A DNA stretch of 20,073 nt. It comes from a virus. Lineage: Duplodnaviria > Heunggongvirae > Uroviricota > Caudoviricetes. Below, piece after piece: positions 9,241 through 18,040 of the stretch. Location of the stretch: positions 130,713 through 150,785 of the IMG/VR virus record IMGVR_UViG_2910649936_000002, one strand, 5' to 3'. Position numbers and translations under genes: made by a program. The notes under the pieces are model-generated. The model saw only the letters and a list, made by a program, of their open reading frames with translations. It was not told the origin of the DNA and searched no databases. Position 1 is the first letter of the stretch; each line of letters begins with the position of its first letter.

Positions 9241-10440
9241 GTTCTTATCTATTTATTTAAAAATTTAATATTTCTCGCTTTCAAACGGAGAATAAATAAA
9301 GTAGAAGGCGAGGTGATATTGTGGAAAAAGCATTTAAATATCGAATTTACCCAAACAAAAAACAGCAAGAGTTAATTCAAAAAACTTTTGGGTGTGTAAG
9401 ATATGTTTATAATTATTTCTTAGCTTTAAGGATAAAAGAATATAAAGAAAACAAAAATTTTTTATCTTATAATGATACAAGTAAGTTACTTACTCAATTA
9501 AAGAAAGAACTAATCTGGCTGAAAGAACCAGATAAAGATTCTTTGCAGAAATCGTTAAAGGATCTGGATATGGCATACCGAAAATTTTTTAAAGAACATG
9601 CTGGTTTTCCAAAATTCAAGTCTAAGAAAAATAATCATAAATCTTATCGGACAAGTCGTACAGCCAACAATATTACTTTTGTAGAAAAGCATATTAAGTT
9701 GCCAAAACTTGGATATGTAAAAACAAAAGATAAACAAATTCCACAAGGAAGAATTTTAAATGCTACCATCTCACAGGAACCAAATGGACATTATTATTGC
9801 TCATTATGTTGCACAGATGTTGAAATGCCACAATATCAAAAAACTCGTTCTAATGTTGGAGTAGATTTAGGTATTGTAGATTTTGCCATATTATCTGATG
9901 GAAATAAAATTGAGAACCAAAGATTTTATGAAAAATCAGAAAAGAAGCTTGCTAAGTTACAAAGATCAATGTCAAGAAAAACAATTGGCGGTAAGAATTG
10001 GAACAAAGCGAGAATTAGAATTGCAAATTTACAGAAACATATTTCTAATCAACGTACTGATTTTTTACACAAACTTACAACAAAGATTGTTAAAGACTAT
10101 GACGTTATCTGCATTGAAGATTTAGAAGTCAAGTCTATGAAAGAAACTGATTATACAATAAGGAACAAACGAGTTAGTGATGTTTCTTGGTATGAGTTTC
10201 GAAGACAATTAGCTTATAAATGCCAATGGTACGGAAAGCAACTTGTCATTGTAGATAAATATTATCCCTCATCACAGATTTGTAGTGCGTGCGGAAAACG
10301 AGATGGTAAGAAATCAGAAGATATTAGAGTGTGGGTATGCCCTCATTGCGGCGCAGAATTAGACAGGGACTTAAATGCCGCAACCAATATTTTAAATGAA
10401 GGATTACGAATATTAAATAGTTAAATAAATAGATAAGAAC
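9241..10440. repeat. Perfect 20-bp inverted repeat flanking tnpB (9241-9260 / 10421-10440)
   Basis: GTTCTTATCTATTTATTTAA and TTAAATAAATAGATAAGAAC. Pairing extends imperfectly to 9263-9272/10409-10418 and 9235-9239/10442-10446. Confidence 0.9.
9321..10424 (+). CDS. tnpB: TnpB RNA-guided endonuclease (IS200/IS605 OrfB)
   Basis: N-terminal KAFKYRIYPNKKQ...FGCVRYVYN (HTH_OrfB_IS605). RuvC residues in GVDLG, IEDL and DRDLNAATNI are all intact. Zn finger SSQICSACG...CPHCG. GTG start with GAGGTG RBS. Confidence 0.96.
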   Translation: MEKAFKYRIYPNKKQQELIQKTFGCVRYVYNYFLALRIKEYKENKNFLSYNDTSKLLTQLKKELIWLKEPDKDSLQKSLKDLDMAYRKFFKEHAGFPKFKSKKNNHKSYRTSRTANNITFVEKHIKLPKLGYVKTKDKQIPQGRILNATISQEPNGHYYCSLCCTDVEMPQYQKTRSNVGVDLGIVDFAILSDGNKIENQRFYEKSEKKLAKLQRSMSRKTIGGKNWNKARIRIANLQKHISNQRTDFLHKLTTKIVKDYDVICIEDLEVKSMKETDYTIRNKRVSDVSWYEFRRQLAYKCQWYGKQLVIVDKYYPSSQICSACGKRDGKKSEDIRVWVCPHCGAELDRDLNAATNILNEGLRILNS

Positions 10441-10548
10441 CGTAGGAACTACGGGGATAGCCTAGGTAAACTTGTCTCGTTAGAGATATTGACTAGGAAC
10501 CCTATGACTTTAGTCGTGGGAGGTTCAGTCAACAGGTGTTAAAGATTC
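10425..10548 (+). ncRNA. Predicted TnpB omega-RNA/reRNA (scaffold in the right end; guide from flanking exon 2). Boundaries approximate.
   Basis: Hairpin CCGTAG-GAA-CTACGG just after tnpB, right-end hairpin at 10501-10520, element end at 10528. The guide would begin TCAACAGGTGTTAAAG. Based on established TnpB biology. Confidence 0.7.
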
Positions 10549-13060
10549 AGCTATTAGCGATGGACTAATAAAAAATGACATGATTGCTAATGGTACGATA
10601 CAAAAAGATAAACTTGGTTTTAAAGTTGTTGAAACAGATGAAAACGGAAAGGTTTCTATTACAGAAATATTAGATCCAAGCGGAGGTTCTCTCGGTGTTT
10701 CATACACCGAAATGCAAAATAAAGTAAAGGATCTTGGTGAACAAGTAACGGAAATTACTCCATATACAATTGTAATGGAAAATGAATATCAAAATATTCC
10801 CTGTGTTCAAGGTACTGCAAAAGACAGTTTTTTAATTGAAATTCCATTTACTGGATATGCTGGAAGTCTTCAAACCGCTACAACCGTAAATGTAGGTGTA
10901 TTACCTTCTGGTATTACATTAGGTTCTAACACCCCTGCAACTGATACTAGTTCTGGAAAAGTCGTTTTAAATGTAGCAGATGGAGCAGATTTTGGTGGTA
11001 TAGATATACTAACAGGATATATCATTTTAACATTTACTATTAATAGTCATGTAATTACCAAACGTTTTACATGGACAAAAACAAATGATGGTTCTTCTTC
11101 TGATGCTTCCTTTTATACCTTAGATTTATCAACTCAAATTGTTTTAAAATCCGATTCATCTCTCACTCCCCCATTCATTACTTTGAATTCATATTTAAAA
11201 CAGGGTACTTCTAAAACTCCATATTCTGGTAGGTTTGTTATTAAAGAATCCACAGATGGTTCCACGTACAATACAAAATATCTTTCTTCCTCTGATGAAG
11301 CTTCAAAGGAATATACTATATCTTCCATTGATGTAAAATCTATTGAGTGTATTTTATTCGAATCTGGTGGAATTACAAATGAATTAGATGTGAAAACTAT
11401 AGCTGTAATCACCGACTCTAGTTATTTAGAGTCCGAAATCACGCAAATTACAGACACAGTTACCGAATTAAGTTCAACTGTTGATATGCATACAAAGGAA
11501 ATATCGCAAAAAGCATCACAGACTGATGTAACAACCGCTATTAACAATTATGATAATACTACAGTAGAGACTATACGTGAGCAAGTAGCGGAACATACTA
11601 CAAAAATTGGTGAAATCACCTCTGAAGTCTCTGATGTAAAAACTACGGTAAACACTAAAGCTGACGGCTCTACAGTTACAGAATTACAAAAACAAGTAAG
11701 CACTTTGGAACAAGATGCCGAAGGTTTTAAATTAGAAGTTTCTAATACATATGCAACAAAAGATGAGCTTAATGAGTCTTCTGAGACACTTCAATCTACT
11801 ATCGAGCAAACCGCAGCAGGAATTAATCAAACAGTTTCCGATTTATCTGGTAATGTAAGCAGTATTGGTCAAACAGTAGGTGAAATCAGTCAAGAAGTTG
11901 AAGATGCAAAAGGAAATATTACAGATTTGCAGCAAACCTCAGAAGAAATTAGCATGATAGTTGGAAACAAACAAGATTTAATTCCGGCAAATATTCGTTA
12001 TATCAGAGATTGGCTAAATGGAAATACCGTAGATACTGTTAATAGGTGGACAGAAATACAAGTAATAGTAAATGATACAAATTTAGCTTCTGGCGAAACC
12101 AATATTGTTTTACAGAAAAATGTTACTGTCACATCAGATATTACAATAGATAACCTTGAAAATTATATTGATGCAAGTACAGAAACGTATGTCGAAAGCG
12201 AAGAAACTGGCTGGCACTATCTACAAATCGATTTAGGCGAGAACAACACTTTTGATGCTGGTTATATTACTGTTTGGCATAGATTTGATGATTCAAGAAA
12301 ATATAATCATAAATTAGAAATATCAGCAGATGGTGAAACATGGTTTGTTTTATTTGACAGTGAAAAATATGATAAATATACAGAGACAAATGAAGGTCGT
12401 ATGTATATGATTAGCGATGGTTTAGTTAATAAAAATCTCGCTTTTATTAAATTAGATATGCAATCTGTAGTATTGAAAGTGCAGGAAAACGAAGAAAATT
12501 TTGCTTCTATTGAAACAGAAATTGACAGCGTTATTACTCGTGTAGAAAGTACAGAAGATACCGTACAGGAAATTCAAAATGAAGATATACCTGGATTACG
12601 CAATGATGTAAAACAACAGGTAGCGGAAATAGCTGCTACTTCTGATTCTATAAAAAATACTGTCATAGAACTTGAAGGTGAAGTTCAAAGGCAAGCTGAA
12701 GAAATATTAACTACTAATGAATGGAAAGTATCTCTCGCTAACATAGGCGCGTATGATGGGAAATATGCTACTGAAACAGTTAATATGACGCTTACTAGCG
12801 ATGGACTTACAATTGTTAGATCCGCAAGTAAAGGATATAGAACACAGCTTACAGGTGATACAATCGCTATAGAATATGATGATGGACGCGGTAATTATGA
12901 ATCTGTTATGGGTATACAAAAAGATCAAATGTATTTAACACGACTAAAAGTAAAAAATGGAATTGACCATTATACATTAAAAGAGCTTCCTATTTCATAT
13001 ACTTCTGGTAATAAAACAATTGGGTGTCTTGCATTTATTTCAAGTACAGGAAATTCATAA
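10529..13060 (+). CDS. Tal/tail spike protein, exon 2 (coiled-coil stalk, F5/8-type C/discoidin-like domain); spliced product 1758 aa
   Basis: Frame is open from 10529 (STGVKDSAISDG...). Heptad-like Thr/Ser/Gln-rich repeats, and IRYIRDWLNGN...WTEIQV...YLQIDLG...ITVWH at ~11993-12410. Confidence 0.8.
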   Translation, partial: STGVKDSAISDGLIKNDMIANGTIQKDKLGFKVVETDENGKVSITEILDPSGGSLGVSYTEMQNKVKDLGEQVTEITPYTIVMENEYQNIPCVQGTAKDSFLIEIPFTGYAGSLQTATTVNVGVLPSGITLGSNTPATDTSSGKVVLNVADGADFGGIDILTGYIILTFTINSHVITKRFTWTKTNDGSSSDASFYTLDLSTQIVLKSDSSLTPPFITLNSYLKQGTSKTPYSGRFVIKESTDGSTYNTKYLSSSDEASKEYTISSIDVKSIECILFESGGITNELDVKTIAVITDSSYLESEITQITDTVTELSSTVDMHTKEISQKASQTDVTTAINNYDNTTVETIREQVAEHTTKIGEITSEVSDVKTTVNTKADGSTVTELQKQVSTLEQDAEGFKLEVSNTYATKDELNESSETLQSTIEQTAAGINQTVSDLSGNVSSIGQTVGEISQEVEDAKGNITDLQQTSEEISMIVGNKQDLIPANIRYIRDWLNGNTVDTVNRWTEIQVIVNDTNLASGETNIVLQKNVTVTSDITIDNLENYIDASTETYVESEETGWHYLQIDLGENNTFDAGYITVWHRFDDSRKYNHKLEISADGETWFVLFDSEKYDKYTETNEGRMYMISDGLVNKNLAFIKLDMQSVVLKVQENEENFASIETEIDSVITRVESTEDTVQEIQNEDIPGLRNDVKQQVAEIAATSDSIKNTVIELEGEVQRQAEEILTTNEWKVSLANIGAYDGKYATETVNMTLTSDGLTIVRSASKGYRTQLTGDTIAIEYDDGRGNYESVMGIQKDQMYLTRLKVKNGIDHYTLKELPISYTSGNKTIGCLAFISSTGNS

Positions 13061-13067
13061 ATTATCA

Positions 13068-13112
13068 AAGGCTATAGTATCAATTTGGTACTATGGCCTT
13101 ATTTATTCTTTT
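13068..13112 (+). terminator. Terminator-like or processing hairpin between tail genes
   Basis: AAGGCTATAGTATCA-ATT-TGGTACTATGGCCTT, a 15-bp stem with two G.U pairs, followed by ATTTATTCTTTT. Confidence 0.6.
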
Positions 13113-13128
13113 AAAGGCAGGTGATTAA

Positions 13129-15009
13129 ATGGCTACATGGGAAAGCCGTGTAACATGTTCAGAAACGTATGTATCTGGCGGAGCTGAAAATTATTCTAAT
13201 GTTACTATTACTTTTCAAATACGACGCATGGATTATAGTATGAATGGTTATAACTATGAGGGGACAGCCAATTGGAGTATAGCTTGCAATGGTTCACATT
13301 CTGGAAATCAATATTTTAATTTTAATTGGGGCGGAACTCCTGCTGGAACTTGGTGGACTGTTGGTTCTTATAGCTTTAAAATTCCTCATAACAGTGACGG
13401 AAGTAAAACCATATCGTACAGTGCATATTTTTATACTGGAATTACACCAGAATCATTTTCAGCAAGTGGAAGTAAAACACTTACTAAAATTCCCAGATAT
13501 GCTAAAATTACAACTTTTAAAGTTACTTCTACTACACAAACAGGTGCTACTGTTACCTGGAATACTGACGCTACTTGTAATGCTCTTTATTATTCACTTA
13601 ACAATGGCAGTTGGAAATCTATAAGTGTAGCAAAAACATTTTCATTAAGTGGATTAGCCCCAGGAACATCTTATACACTAAAAATACGTGTAAAACGATC
13701 TGATAGCGGGCTTACTACAGATAGCAGTAATACTACTTTTTCTACATTGCCAATAGCCACAATTTCTACTTATCCCATTACATTTAATATTGGAAGTCCA
13801 TTGGTTTTAACATTCCAAAACTATAATAATAATGCTTCTTTTTTAAGATTGTATCAAAAAAATACAAGTGATTCCTGGGTAAAAATCACAGAAGTGACAG
13901 GTATTCAGCAATCTTCTTATACATGGAACTTATCATCTTTTGCGACAACCATGTATAATAATACTCCTAATTCAAATACAAGCGATATTAAAATTATATG
14001 TGGAGTTGTGTTAAATGAAAAAGAATATACGAATGAATACTTGGGAACAGCCAATGTTGTTAATAGTAACCCATCGTTTACCACGTTTGTATTTGGGAAT
14101 ACAGAAGAAATGTCTTCAGAAATGTTAGGAAGTACACTTTCAATGATTACTTATGTAGGGAATTTACGGGTTAGCATCTCTACTGCGAATAAAGCCATTG
14201 CAAAAAATGGTGCTAGTATTAGTTATTATAATATTTCAGTTTCTAATTCTAACGGTGATATAACCATTCTAAAAAAGGTAAATGAAACCACTTCAAATTT
14301 AGCTGCTGATTTCGGGAATTTCCAAACAGCCGGCTCATATTCTATTAAAGTTGAAGCTGTTGATTCAAGAGGGAATATTAGCAATTTAGTTACTAAGAAT
14401 TTTGTTGTTTACAAATACCATACTCCCACTATAACTGTGACACTTACACGAGTTAATAACTTTGAAAAAGAAACAGGTGTTACAATATTAGCTTATCTAT
14501 CTCGTGTATATACAACAGCAAATAAAAATGCACTTTCTTCTTTAAAATATCGTTTTAGAGAACAAGGTGGAGGGTGGTCATCTTATTTTACACTCTCGCC
14601 GAGTATTGCTACATCTAATGATGATTTTAAAATCACATATACTCATGATCTTTTTCGTAATTTGGAAATACAAAAAGCTTATGAGTTTGAATTTGTTATT
14701 ACCGATAAAATTCAAGCCGTGACTTCAATGCAAACCGTAGGACAAGGTGTACCTTTAATGACTATCGCTGACTCTGGTACTGTACTTGTTAATGAAATTC
14801 CAACAATGGAAAATTTAGAAAATGATTGTAGTTTTCTTGTAGGTTCTGATATATTGGCACGTGATTCTTTGGGGACTCAACGAAAAATTTTGGAAGAAAT
14901 AACTAATAAAATTACTTTTAGTGAAACTATTGAGGCAGAACCACAAAACACAATGAACGATACGATTTGGTGCCCTATACTCGCAACTATTACGTTAAGT
15001 TCAGAATAA
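13129..15009 (+). CDS. Siphovirus minor tail protein, DUF859-like, with a fibronectin type III domain
   Basis: IPHNSDGSKTI...LTKIPR motif, FN3 signature LSGLAPGTSYTLKIRV, and later VEAVDSRG and YEFEFVITDKI. Ser/Thr-rich and beta-rich. AGGTG RBS. Confidence 0.7.
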   Translation: MATWESRVTCSETYVSGGAENYSNVTITFQIRRMDYSMNGYNYEGTANWSIACNGSHSGNQYFNFNWGGTPAGTWWTVGSYSFKIPHNSDGSKTISYSAYFYTGITPESFSASGSKTLTKIPRYAKITTFKVTSTTQTGATVTWNTDATCNALYYSLNNGSWKSISVAKTFSLSGLAPGTSYTLKIRVKRSDSGLTTDSSNTTFSTLPIATISTYPITFNIGSPLVLTFQNYNNNASFLRLYQKNTSDSWVKITEVTGIQQSSYTWNLSSFATTMYNNTPNSNTSDIKIICGVVLNEKEYTNEYLGTANVVNSNPSFTTFVFGNTEEMSSEMLGSTLSMITYVGNLRVSISTANKAIAKNGASISYYNISVSNSNGDITILKKVNETTSNLAADFGNFQTAGSYSIKVEAVDSRGNISNLVTKNFVVYKYHTPTITVTLTRVNNFEKETGVTILAYLSRVYTTANKNALSSLKYRFREQGGGWSSYFTLSPSIATSNDDFKITYTHDLFRNLEIQKAYEFEFVITDKIQAVTSMQTVGQGVPLMTIADSGTVLVNEIPTMENLENDCSFLVGSDILARDSLGTQRKILEEITNKITFSETIEAEPQNTMNDTIWCPILATITLSSE

Positions 15010-15030
15010 ATTTAATTTGGAGATGATACG

Positions 15031-15933
15031 TTGGCAAAATTAATAAAATATAAAGATAAAACTCTTGAATATTACAGTTATTATAAAACAGAAACTTCTT
15101 GTATTTTTAGTTTTTTTAACATAGACTACAATTCTGTTTTAGATTTTTTTGGTAATAACATTATTAATAATATAACACTTACTGATGATGCATTAAACAA
15201 GACTACTACTATTCCACTTGATATGAAATTTTCTTCTATCCAATCAGAAACCAGTTCTATAATTTTAAAAACCCATTCTGTTATTAAGGAAAGTTATTAT
15301 ACTGAAGAAGCGTTGGTAGATCCTGAAACTGGCAAACCAGTATTAGATGAATCGGGACACCAAATTATAGAAACTATATTTCATCCTGCTGAAATAAAAA
15401 CATCAGAGTCTAAACAATCTGGTACTTTAATTACAGTCCAGTTAGAAACACCATCTTTAAGTGATAGACTTACTACGCTTACAGAAGACGTAAAAAAACA
15501 ATCAGTAGCATATCAAGTATCAGCATTGTTTGCGCAAACACTTGATGATACTACTGCTCTATCCATAAAAGACATTTATGAACAATGGAACGATTTAGTT
15601 AAAAAAAATTTTGTAGCTAAAGATAAAGATTATAAATTCTTATATAATAGTGATTTATACAAAACAGCCAAAGAGAACGTAGAATTTCAATCACAATGGA
15701 TTCCCGGACAAAATACTGAAAGTCTATTTACTTATATAGATGAAGATCATATCGGGACACTTGAAGATCCGATACCTGCAAAAGTCAACATGGAATATTT
15801 TAAAGATAAATATTACATAGAAAATAATAATTTATATTTATGTGTTTCTGAATTGGCTAAAAACGGAATTGTCCTTCAGTATACCCCTAGTCAATTAGTG
15901 GGGAGCTATTTTGAATTGATAGAACTCCGCTAA
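15031..15933 (+). CDS. Hypothetical tail-associated protein with a possible CBM5/12-like C-terminal region
   Basis: TTG start after GGAG. C-terminal SQWIPG..TESLFT.IDE.H.GT.EDPIP...MEYFKDKYY..YLC resembles segments I recall from Clostridia phage tail regions (not searched). Confidence 0.55.
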   Translation: MAKLIKYKDKTLEYYSYYKTETSCIFSFFNIDYNSVLDFFGNNIINNITLTDDALNKTTTIPLDMKFSSIQSETSSIILKTHSVIKESYYTEEALVDPETGKPVLDESGHQIIETIFHPAEIKTSESKQSGTLITVQLETPSLSDRLTTLTEDVKKQSVAYQVSALFAQTLDDTTALSIKDIYEQWNDLVKKNFVAKDKDYKFLYNSDLYKTAKENVEFQSQWIPGQNTESLFTYIDEDHIGTLEDPIPAKVNMEYFKDKYYIENNNLYLCVSELAKNGIVLQYTPSQLVGSYFELIELR

Positions 15934-15959
15934 CATAAATTTAATGAATGGAGGTTTAT

Positions 15960-16472
15960 ATGGCGCAAACAAACACTGGAATTATCGTTCCTTTATTTCG
16001 AAAAGTAAAAGAAGGATTTCAAAAAGTATTTATAACGGCAAGTAATATAATGATGGCAGACAATAAAACTACATTGCAAGAAAAAATTAATGATATTGAT
16101 GATGATATTACTACATTAAATAGCAATTTTATAGTTGAAGAGAATAAAAATTCCAATGGGAATTATCGGAAATGGTCTAATGGTATATTGGAAATGTGGG
16201 GGAAGAAAGCACTTAATAATGTTAATATCAATAATCGCCCCAATACTTCAACAACGGTTTATAATTCGATACAATATAGAATCACATTTCCGTTTGCTTC
16301 ATTATCAGAATGTATTATAACCTGTACGAATTATTCAAATACAGGTGCATGGGTATCACTATCTACGGGTGGGGATAGGAAATCCAGTTTCATGTTTTGG
16401 CTTTACTGTTCCCCTACAAGTAGTGGTGGTTCGCATTATGTGTGCTGGCGCGCAATGGGGACATGGAAATAA
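15960..16472 (+). CDS. Small tail fibre/adhesin gene, the shufflon expression locus (52-aa constant part plus cassette A)
   Basis: GGAGG RBS precedes ATG 15960. Short coiled coil TLQEKINDIDDDITTLNSN, then a gp53-like C-terminal domain (YRKWSNGILEMWG...FP..F...WRAMGTWK). A recombination site lies within the gene at 16116-16129. Confidence 0.8.
   Translation: MAQTNTGIIVPLFRKVKEGFQKVFITASNIMMADNKTTLQEKINDIDDDITTLNSNFIVEENKNSNGNYRKWSNGILEMWGKKALNNVNINNRPNTSTTVYNSIQYRITFPFASLSECIITCTNYSNTGAWVSLSTGGDRKSSFMFWLYCSPTSSGGSHYVCWRAMGTWK
16116..16129 (+). repeat. Shufflon site 1, TTAAATAGCAATTT
   Basis: Exact 14-mer, in frame (LNSN) within the expressed gene. Confidence 0.92.
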
Positions 16473-16556
16473 TTATACAACTCTATGAATATCATACTTA
16501 ATTAACAGCATGTTCTTTAGTGCAATACTAATATTTTTTTCGTAATGAATATTTAA

Positions 16557-16892
16557 CTACATCCATCGCCCTATAACGTAATAATTTGCTCTAATACTAT
16601 AATTCCCAGAGGTTTTATCTACACGTGTTATGGTAGAAGTAGTCGTTCTTTTCGTATTTCCTCCACTGTCAGCTTCCATAATATTAGTCGCAACAGTTCC
16701 ATTATTGGATAATGTGAGTTGTATATAAAAATTAGTGTCTTTAAAAGATATAGGAAAAGTTATAGTTGCCAACTGCGATGTTTTCACTGTTGCAGCAAAA
16801 GTGATATTTCCCCAACATTCTTGTATTCCACTATGCCAGCGTCTATAATATGTCCCATTTTGAACGATATAATCAATTAAATTGCTATTTAA
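16557..16892 (-). CDS. Silent shufflon cassette B (no start codon; 111 aa)
   Basis: Reads from site 2: LNSNLIDYIVQNGTYYRRWHSGIQECWGNITFAATVKTSQLATITFPISF...YYVIGRWM*. Paralogous to cassette A. Confidence 0.88.
   Translation of the reverse strand, partial: LNSNLIDYIVQNGTYYRRWHSGIQECWGNITFAATVKTSQLATITFPISFKDTNFYIQLTLSNNGTVATNIMEADSGGNTKRTTTSTITRVDKTSGNYSIRANYYVIGRWM
16879..16892 (-). repeat. Shufflon site 2 (inverted)
   Basis: AAATTGCTATTTAA, the exact reverse complement of site 1. Confidence 0.92.
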
Positions 16893-16998
16893 TTCAGTAT
16901 TAAATATTCAGAATTATCAAGCACTTATATTTTTATGTATGCTAAAAACACCTGACAATGCCAGATGTCAAATTCAAAATTTGATACTATTTATTGGA

Positions 16999-17988
16999 CT
17001 ATGAACTTAAATATTGATAATGATGATATTTAATACCTTCTTCATTAACGGTACAGTACATCATCGTAGTTTCAGGTTTGGAATGCCCTGCAAATTTCAT
17101 TACTTCTTGCAATGGCATTCCCCTATTTAGGGCATTTGTAAGTGAGGTTCTTCTAAATCTATGTGGGTGTGCATTACTTACATTTGCTTTAAGACCTATT
17201 TCCTTAACAATATATTCAATACCAGATTTACTTAATCGGTTATGCGGATATTTTTTCCCTACGAAAAGAGCTTCATTTTTATCTATCCTACTTTTTAAGT
17301 ATTCTTTTAAATACAAATTACTTTTTTCATTTATGTATACGATTCGTTCTTTTCCACCTTTACCATATACAATTAAATCCTTATTTCCAAATCGAATATC
17401 GGTGATATTTAATGCAACTAATTCAGACACCCTTATGGCAGTAGAATATAAAAATTCTATTAATGCCATATCTCTTATATTTTTACACTTTCTGAGCATT
17501 ATTTCTCGCTCTTCGCTTGTAAATGGCTTTTTTATTTTTTGTTCAACTTTAATGGTTTCTACTAACGCCATTGGATTTATTGATATTTTTCCTCTATCAC
17601 GTAGCCATATAAAAAATGTATTAAATATTGCTCTTACATTTTTCAAAGTTTGGTTGCATGCCTTTCTAATTGCTTTATACATTGTTAGATATTCTGATAT
17701 GTCTGTACTCAAAATATGTTTAACATTTTTATTTATATATGATAATAAACGATGTAATTCATAATCATATCTATTGACAGTTTTTACTGCCAATCCTGAT
17801 AATCGTTTTGATATGATAAAGTCGGATAATTCTTTTGTCCATGTATTATCATTTACACGTAATGTCGTATTTTCAACAATTTCACACCCAACAAAAACTT
17901 GATTCATTGTTGCTTTCAATTCACGTAACTGATTTTCATTTAACACAAATTGCATTTTCCTAATAATTTCTAAAATTTTTTCTTCCAT
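16999..17988 (-). CDS. Tyrosine recombinase (XerC/D-like), putative shufflon invertase
   Basis: Catalytic motifs STAIRVSEL (R), GKGGKER (K), HPHRFRR (HxxR), GHS (H) and TTMMY (Y). N-terminal SAM-like region. GGGAG RBS. Located between sites 2 and 3. Confidence 0.93.
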   Translation of the reverse strand: MEEKILEIIRKMQFVLNENQLRELKATMNQVFVGCEIVENTTLRVNDNTWTKELSDFIISKRLSGLAVKTVNRYDYELHRLLSYINKNVKHILSTDISEYLTMYKAIRKACNQTLKNVRAIFNTFFIWLRDRGKISINPMALVETIKVEQKIKKPFTSEEREIMLRKCKNIRDMALIEFLYSTAIRVSELVALNITDIRFGNKDLIVYGKGGKERIVYINEKSNLYLKEYLKSRIDKNEALFVGKKYPHNRLSKSGIEYIVKEIGLKANVSNAHPHRFRRTSLTNALNRGMPLQEVMKFAGHSKPETTMMYCTVNEEGIKYHHYQYLSS

Positions 17989-18026
17989 TTTCGTTCTCCC
18001 TTTTATTTTTATCTATATATTCTGCG

Positions 18027-18040
18027 TTAAATAGCAATTT
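18027..18040 (+). repeat. Shufflon site 3
   Basis: Exact TTAAATAGCAATTT. Confidence 0.92.

Larger units (their letters stand above)
8775..10528 (+). mobile_element. IStron: group I intron fused to a non-autonomous IS200/IS605 element (tnpB only), 1754 bp
   Basis: Inserted directly after TTGAT (8770-8774) and ends GGTTCAG. Subterminal hairpins share TGACTTTAGTC (8796-8806 and 10505-10515). Intron core: P AATTGCTGGAAA 8884-8895, Q AATCAGCAGC 9022-9031, P7 GACCA(9059-9063)/TGGTC(9138-9142). Removal restores ...GILID-STGVKDSAISDGLIKNDMIANG in frame. Confidence 0.93.

Noticed and set aside
8775-9320. tnpA (Y1 transposase) upstream of tnpB
   Set aside because: No ORF with an HUH/Y motif; the region is accounted for by ribozyme structure.
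9321-10424. Cas12f/CRISPR system
   Set aside because: No repeat-spacer array in the window; the IS-end hairpins and context indicate TnpB.
10529-10532. TCAA as an alternative IS right-end cleavage site
   Set aside because: Ending the element at 10532 would frameshift the tail gene and leave no terminal G; G10528 satisfies both constraints.
6030-13060. Tail gene inactivated by a plain IS605 insertion
   Set aside because: The insert has a full group I core, and precise removal restores the reading frame.
1005-16320. Short overlapping ORFs in the track (e.g. 1005-1196, 3192-3413, 5001-5252, 7481-7759, 8596-8820, 11134-11412, 13289-13624, 16135-16320)
   Set aside because: They overlap long, well-supported CDSs in other frames or strands and have no recognisable features.
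17078-17764. 228-aa + strand ORF
   Set aside because: Antisense shadow of the recombinase, with no convincing RBS or motifs.
16999-17988. Prophage integrase marking an att boundary
   Set aside because: It is embedded among the inverted sites and cassettes, with phage late genes on both sides.
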